The notes beneath the pieces are model-generated. The model had not been told where the DNA came from. It searched no databases and saw only the letters and a list, made by a program, of their open reading frames with translations. From a virus: 48,910 bases of DNA. This document shows, one piece after another, positions 44,490 to 48,910 of the stretch. The stretch spans positions 1 through 48,910 of the IMG/VR virus record IMGVR_UViG_3300027742_000002; one strand, written 5' to 3'. The translations under genes and the position numbers were made by a program. Position 1 is the stretch's first letter; each line of letters starts with the position of its first letter.

Positions 44490-44864
44490 ATGGATTTACC
44501 ACATTTAACACACCCAACACATAAGGATAGGCGAGTAGTGAAGTACGATGCTCTACACAAATGGGTTGCAACATGTGTATCAATATTTTGTATTATATGG
44601 TTAGTTACGGCTTACTATGTACAATCAGAAGACACAAAAATACAACTCGATTTACAGTCACAGATCAACGTACTTACAGAACGACAAAAGACTACACTAC
44701 AAGTGAATAGTTTAGTGGTTGCTATCGATAAACAATTATCAAATATAGAAACCAAACTAACACTACAGTCAGATGTAGTTAAGGAAGTGCGTGAACTGCG
44801 AAAGGAGGTCAATCAGCTCAAAGTAGCGATGGCTAAAAACACACGTCCAATACATGGAGGCTAA
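44490..44864 (+). CDS. Membrane-anchored coiled-coil protein (124 aa), candidate holin or i-spanin-type lysis protein
   Basis: It has a single hydrophobic segment, WVATCVSIFCIIWLVTAYYV, followed by a heptad-like region. The ATG at 44490 lies behind GGAG, whereas the track starts at a TTG at 44478. Confidence 0.35.
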   Translation: MDLPHLTHPTHKDRRVVKYDALHKWVATCVSIFCIIWLVTAYYVQSEDTKIQLDLQSQINVLTERQKTTLQVNSLVVAIDKQLSNIETKLTLQSDVVKEVRELRKEVNQLKVAMAKNTRPIHGG

Positions 44865-44866
44865 TA

Positions 44867-45058
44867 ATGCCTAGCGTATTACTAAAAGCATTAGGAACAA
44901 TTCTAACAAGGCTGTTTGCAACAATGGCAACAGAAGTAATGTTAGAGTGGTTACTATTCAAAACAGCAGAAGCATTCGTTCAGTCTACAAAGACACCGTG
45001 CGACGACGAGTGGTTGAGAAAGTTTAAAGAGTCGTATAAAGAAATAAACAGCAATTAG
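44867..45058 (+). CDS. Small hydrophobic or amphipathic protein (63 aa), possible holin-like protein
   Basis: The sequence is MPSVLLKALGTILTRLFATMATEVMLEWLLF.... It sits just before TerS, as T7 gp17.5 does. Hydrophobicity is only moderate. Confidence 0.3.
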   Translation: MPSVLLKALGTILTRLFATMATEVMLEWLLFKTAEAFVQSTKTPCDDEWLRKFKESYKEINSN

Positions 45059-45066
45059 GAATTACT

Positions 45067-45396
45067 ATGACTAAAGCAACTGAGACAAAGCTATCCGTAT
45101 TACACGGAGCAGTAGCAGATGTTCTCACTGCTCAGTTACAACACACACAAGCTGAAACGATCTTTGATGAAGAGGGTAATTGTAAGGAAACTGGGGAAAA
45201 GATACATACAGCTCTTCCAGCTACTATTGCAGCAGCCGTCAAATTCTTAAAAGATAACCAGATCACGTGTGATATTGAAACAGATGAGAATATGAACAAC
45301 CTACGTGAAACATTAGCTAACAAACAACGTAGGTCGCGATTAAAAGGTGCTAAAGCTGCTGCATTAACGGTGGTGGACAATGAGCAAACTGGATGA
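45067..45396 (+). CDS. Terminase small subunit (T7 gp18-like), 109 aa
   Basis: It lies immediately upstream of TerL and overlaps it. The size fits, and an AAVKFLKDNQIT segment is present. Confidence 0.6.
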   Translation: MTKATETKLSVLHGAVADVLTAQLQHTQAETIFDEEGNCKETGEKIHTALPATIAAAVKFLKDNQITCDIETDENMNNLRETLANKQRRSRLKGAKAAALTVVDNEQTG

Positions 45397-47455
45397 TATG
45401 AGTTACCAAGAGTTGGAGGAGGCTCTTGGTAGCGAAGTAGCACAAGCAATTATTGCACATAGGGATAACCAATCTTTAGAGGACACCCCCGAAGGGGAAT
45501 GGTCAGATGAAGAATTTGCAGAAGTATTAGAACAACGACCAGACCTAGATAATCTTGAAAACCTAGAAGATGACTCTGAGTTCACTCGTCTATCTAGAGA
45601 CAAAGGGTATATGGCAACACTGTCAGACACAGAACGACAATGTGTTCACAGATGGGCTGAGGTAGAAGCACTACGTGACCATTACGCTGAGTTTGGCGAC
45701 TTCTTGTATGACTGTATGACAGAGTTAATGGGGTTTAAATGTACTGACCTACAGATAGATATAGGTGAGTTCCTACAATCCGATATACGTTATGGGATGA
45801 TTCAGGCCCAACGATCACAAGCGAAGTCTACAATCGTAGCTATGTTTGCTGTATGGCAACTAATACATGACTGTAAACATCGTGTGTTGATTATATCAGC
45901 CGGTAGTGAAGTAGCCGCAGAGATTGCTAACTGGGTAATTCAGATCATTATGAACTGGGATATTCTGGAATGCCTGCGCCCTGACAGGCAGCATGGCGAC
46001 CGCGCATCCTCTAAGGCATTCGACATCAACTGGCAGCTTAAAGGGGCTGAGAAGTCTCCCTCGATAGCCTGTATCGGTATTACGGCAAATATGCAGGGTC
46101 GCCGTGCCGATCTGCTGATCCCAGATGATATTGAGTCGTCTAAGAATGGTATGACGGAGGTACAACGACAAGCACTAGAACACTTATCAAAGGATTTCAC
46201 ATCGATATGTCAGAAAGGGCGTATCATGTATCTAGGTACACCACAGACAGTAGATAGTATATACAACAACCTACCAGCTCGTGGTTACATTATAAGAATA
46301 TGGACAGGGCGTGTACCAACAAATGAAGAAGCTAGACACTACGGCGAGACACTAGCACCATATATCAAAACAATGATGGACGACCCTAATAACCAAAGGG
46401 GCGGTGGTGTAGATGGTTCACGTGGAGTACCAACTGATCCTATATTACTAGGTGAAGACGCGTTAACACTAAAAGAGCTTGACCAAGGGGCTGCATACTT
46501 CAACCTACAACACATGTTGAACACAGAGTTGTCGGACGAACTAAGACACCCGCTTAAAGCCAAGAACTTGATCGTGATGCCATTTGGTATAGACAAAGCC
46601 CCAGGTGAGATAACATGGCTACCAAGCCCAGACAAGCTAATACCTTGTGATGGGAAGTTTACATCGAGACCACAATTCTACAGACCATTTACAATATCAA
46701 CAGAGATATATGAGTACGAAGGTAAACATATGTATGTTGATACAGCGGGTGGGGGTGAGAACGGTGACGAGACCGTAGCAGCAGTAACATACTTCTTACA
46801 TGGTTACATCTTCCTAGCGGAGATACTTAAACTACAAGGTGGGTATGGTGATGATAAGTACAAAGCGTTATCACAGTTGTCATTCAAACATGGAGTAAAC
46901 TCTATTGATGTAGAGAAGAACTTTGGGTTTGGTGCATTTGCGGCAGCGTGGAGACCTATCTTGATGAACACATATAAAGAGGGTGGCAAAGACCATTGTC
47001 CTCGTATTGAAGATGTGTGGGAAACAGGACAGAAAGAACTGAGAATAATCGATACATTAGAACCTTTAATGGCTCGACATAGACTTATCGTACACGAAGA
47101 CATTATCGACTATGACGTAGAGAGCGTTACAAAGTATCCAATAGATAAACGAGAATCATATAAGTTCTTTCATCAACTGGCTAAGATAAGCCGTGAGAAG
47201 GGATCACTAATACATGATGACTCTGCGGATGCTGTAGCAGGCTCAGTACGTAAATGGGTAGATAGAGTAGCTGTAGACGAGAAGATTCGTATGGAGCAGA
47301 AGACAACTGATGAAAACGTAGAGTTCTTTGCAGAGTGGGGAGGTGACATAGGAGCGAATCCGAACAGTGTACTAGGTCTATCAAGTGACCGCTTTAAGAA
47401 GAAGACAAGTAAACGTAATAGACCAAGACCAAGACAACTACGCGGGAGACAGTAA
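45380..47455 (+). CDS. Terminase large subunit (T7 gp19-like), 691 aa
   Basis: It has an ATPase core with Walker B-like ADLLIPDDIES, a C-terminal nuclease-type region and a basic tail. The acidic N-terminal extension is about 95 aa. Confidence 0.85.
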   Translation: MSKLDDMSYQELEEALGSEVAQAIIAHRDNQSLEDTPEGEWSDEEFAEVLEQRPDLDNLENLEDDSEFTRLSRDKGYMATLSDTERQCVHRWAEVEALRDHYAEFGDFLYDCMTELMGFKCTDLQIDIGEFLQSDIRYGMIQAQRSQAKSTIVAMFAVWQLIHDCKHRVLIISAGSEVAAEIANWVIQIIMNWDILECLRPDRQHGDRASSKAFDINWQLKGAEKSPSIACIGITANMQGRRADLLIPDDIESSKNGMTEVQRQALEHLSKDFTSICQKGRIMYLGTPQTVDSIYNNLPARGYIIRIWTGRVPTNEEARHYGETLAPYIKTMMDDPNNQRGGGVDGSRGVPTDPILLGEDALTLKELDQGAAYFNLQHMLNTELSDELRHPLKAKNLIVMPFGIDKAPGEITWLPSPDKLIPCDGKFTSRPQFYRPFTISTEIYEYEGKHMYVDTAGGGENGDETVAAVTYFLHGYIFLAEILKLQGGYGDDKYKALSQLSFKHGVNSIDVEKNFGFGAFAAAWRPILMNTYKEGGKDHCPRIEDVWETGQKELRIIDTLEPLMARHRLIVHEDIIDYDVESVTKYPIDKRESYKFFHQLAKISREKGSLIHDDSADAVAGSVRKWVDRVAVDEKIRMEQKTTDENVEFFAEWGGDIGANPNSVLGLSSDRFKKKTSKRNRPRPRQLRGRQ

Positions 47456-47516
47456 CAAGAATGAAAACAATGCAACAACGATGTAACACTACTAAAACCA
47501 ACGCAGGAGAAGCGAA

Positions 47517-47999
47517 ATGACTAAGCAAGTCAAAACAGTCAAACGCCCAGCACGTCTCGATATTGTAGACATGCCGCGTGACAAAACTAGAGCATTAGGT
47601 GGATTACGACAAGCCTTATGTGCTTCATTTAACTATTGCCGTAAATATCCAGCAAAGATGGCAGTACTAAAAGAAGTACTAAAGTATACGTACAACCGTA
47701 TTGTTGCGTGGGAGAAAGAGCATGAAGCACAACAAGAGCAGATTGCTAAACTACGACTAGAAGAAGAAGGTGAATCAATTGGTATCGAGTTAGATTCTCG
47801 TAAGACTATAGAGAACATGACGAAAGACCTTAATAAGTTCAAAGAAGACCTGATTTTACTAGCTGAGGAAGCCGCCATTGAAGCTAAGGAGAACGCCCAG
47901 AAAGACGCAGAATCTAAAGCCAACCAATCCGGTGACTCGGAACCCAACGGCTCTGAGACAGGCTCAGGTGAGCCAGAATCAGCACAAACAACCCAGTAA
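47517..47999 (+). CDS. Hypothetical acidic coiled-coil protein (160 aa)
   Basis: The ORF has a GGAG RBS. Confidence 0.6.
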   Translation: MTKQVKTVKRPARLDIVDMPRDKTRALGGLRQALCASFNYCRKYPAKMAVLKEVLKYTYNRIVAWEKEHEAQQEQIAKLRLEEEGESIGIELDSRKTIENMTKDLNKFKEDLILLAEEAAIEAKENAQKDAESKANQSGDSEPNGSETGSGEPESAQTTQ

Positions 48000-48056
48000 C
48001 CACGAACAATCACAAATAATCACAAAATAATCCTAACTAATTGAGGAATAAACCTA

Positions 48057-48599
48057 ATGGCTAACACATTAAACATCCCAGAACGTACTCTGGCACAAAT
48101 ATCCGACTCTACTAACACTATCAACGTAATCGGTGGTGCTGACGGTAGGGAGTCGGCGTATCAACCACTCGTAGCTCGTATCACAGACCATGTAGACAAC
48201 GATGCCGGTGAAACTGGTACTGACACAGACCTAATGGCTATCTTCAAGTCACAACGACACGGTGAACCTTGGATTAAAGACGCTAATGTACTCGAACATA
48301 TAGTACAAAGTGTTGGACAGGGCGCAACTGGTACTGTGGCTGAGACAGGAGGTGTAATCGATACACCTGTAGTCACCGCTGGTGGCTCTGGATACTACCC
48401 TGCTAACACTATTGCCGTATTTGGTGGTGGTGGTACAGGTGCAGCAGCTACTATTGTTGTAGAGAATGGTGTAATTACATCGTTTGTTATGACAAGTGGT
48501 GGTACTGGATACACTAGTCCTACGGTGACATTTAGTTCACCTGCGGATACTAATGTATCTGTCTTGTACCCTGACTTTGATTACTCTACTTTTGAGTAA
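48057..48599 (+). CDS. Hypothetical protein with Gly-rich GG(S/T)GY repeats (180 aa)
   Basis: The RBS is GAGGA. The C-terminal half is GGSGYYPANTIAVFGGGGTGAAATIVVENGVITSFVMTSGGTGYTSPTVTFS. Confidence 0.6.
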   Translation: MANTLNIPERTLAQISDSTNTINVIGGADGRESAYQPLVARITDHVDNDAGETGTDTDLMAIFKSQRHGEPWIKDANVLEHIVQSVGQGATGTVAETGGVIDTPVVTAGGSGYYPANTIAVFGGGGTGAAATIVVENGVITSFVMTSGGTGYTSPTVTFSSPADTNVSVLYPDFDYSTFE

Positions 48600-48628
48600 A
48601 TAGTAATCTAATAATAGTCTAACGTAGT

Positions 48629-48652
48629 GCGGGCTGTGTAAAAGCAGCTCGT
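48629..48652 (+). terminator. Hairpin GCGGGCUG-UGUAAAAG-CAGCUCGU after the last gene, with no U-tract
   Basis: An 8-bp stem with G-U pairs was read directly, 30 nt after the stop. Confidence 0.35.
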
Positions 48653-48660
48653 ATTACATC

Positions 48661-48683
48661 ATGTACTCTATTTATGTACTCTA
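48661..48683. repeat. Direct repeat ATGTACTCTA, two copies with a 13-bp period
   Basis: The copies are at 48661..48670 and 48674..48683. A related ATGTACACTCT lies at 329..339. Confidence 0.6.
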
Positions 48684-48702
48684 CAGTCGTTTAGAAACAG
48701 CC

Positions 48703-48744
48703 TGTGGATAACCTGTGGATAACTTCTGTATGAATTGTGGATAA
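48703..48744 (-). promoter_or_regulatory. Array of three perfect DnaA boxes (TTATCCACA on the minus strand)
   Basis: TGTGGATAA occurs at 48703..48711, 48714..48722 and 48736..48744, all in the same orientation. Start-to-start spacing is 11 and 22 bp. Confidence 0.6.
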
Positions 48745-48811
48745 GTCACTTTTCTCCTTATAAATCAATGACTTTTATTTAGGGTCACTTATATAAAGGG
48801 AAACCGTAAGT

Positions 48812-48910
48812 TACCCGCAATTAGTAATAAAATCGCGGTAGAAACACTAATAACAAGTAATAGTAAATAACAACAAGTAGTACACAAATGTAATGATTGT
48901 TAAACCAAAT
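48812..48910. repeat. Right copy of the 99-bp direct terminal redundancy, identical to 1..99
   Basis: The match to the first 99 bases of the window is exact. Confidence 0.9.

Noticed and set aside
44490-44870. Embedded o-spanin (Rz1-like lipoprotein) within or after the membrane-anchored coiled-coil gene
   Set aside because: A hand scan of the other two frames found only very short ATG ORFs (ATG TAG at 44772, and a 6-codon ORF at 44854) and no lipobox. Non-ATG starts were not exhaustively checked.
1-48910. Lysogeny module, CRISPR array, or a cellular defence or anti-defence island
   Set aside because: I recognised no integrase, repressor/antirepressor pair, excisionase, direct-repeat/spacer array or minus-strand gene block. 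The organisation is a single-strand lytic podovirus layout.

Overview
The window looks like a complete genome of about 48.8 kb from a lytic T7/phiKMV-like podovirus. Every credible gene is on the + strand, and bases 1..99 are repeated exactly at 48812..48910. I saw no integrase, tRNA or CRISPR array.

Layout:
- A repeat-rich non-coding region of about 570 bp spans the window ends (48600..48811 plus 1..362).
- 363..6287 is an early module. It holds small ORFs, a first single-subunit T7-type RNA polymerase (1146..3320), an HTH protein, a very basic small protein and a GHKL-type ATPase-like protein.
- 6288..6644 is an AT-rich region with origin-like repeats.
- 6893..21070 is the replication and nucleotide-metabolism module. 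It holds the primase, DnaB-like helicase, ThyX-like protein, class II RNR, MazG, M15 peptidase, family A DNA polymerase, a putative SSB, 5'-3' exonuclease, ATP-dependent ligase and endonuclease VII.
- 21072..23465 is a second T7-type RNA polymerase, in the phiKMV-like position directly upstream of the structural genes.
- 23492..48599 is the structural and packaging module. It holds the portal, scaffold, capsid, tail tubular proteins A and B, three internal virion proteins, a fibre adaptor, two tailspikes, membrane proteins, TerS, TerL and two right-end ORFs.

Most notable observations:
- Two apparently catalytically intact but divergent single-subunit RNAPs are encoded in one small genome, which suggests a phage-encoded polymerase cascade.
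- A staphylococcal-nuclease-like domain sits at the N-terminus of the giant gp16-like ejection protein.
- Three perfect, helically phased DnaA boxes lie in the end-junction region.
- An early GHKL ATPase-like protein is present.
- A 370-bp structured gap with no convincing ORF lies upstream of the DNA polymerase gene.
- Patches with raised GC and shifted codon use sit inside RNAP1 and TerL.

Functional calls come from motifs read by eye in the supplied translations. No database search was possible.
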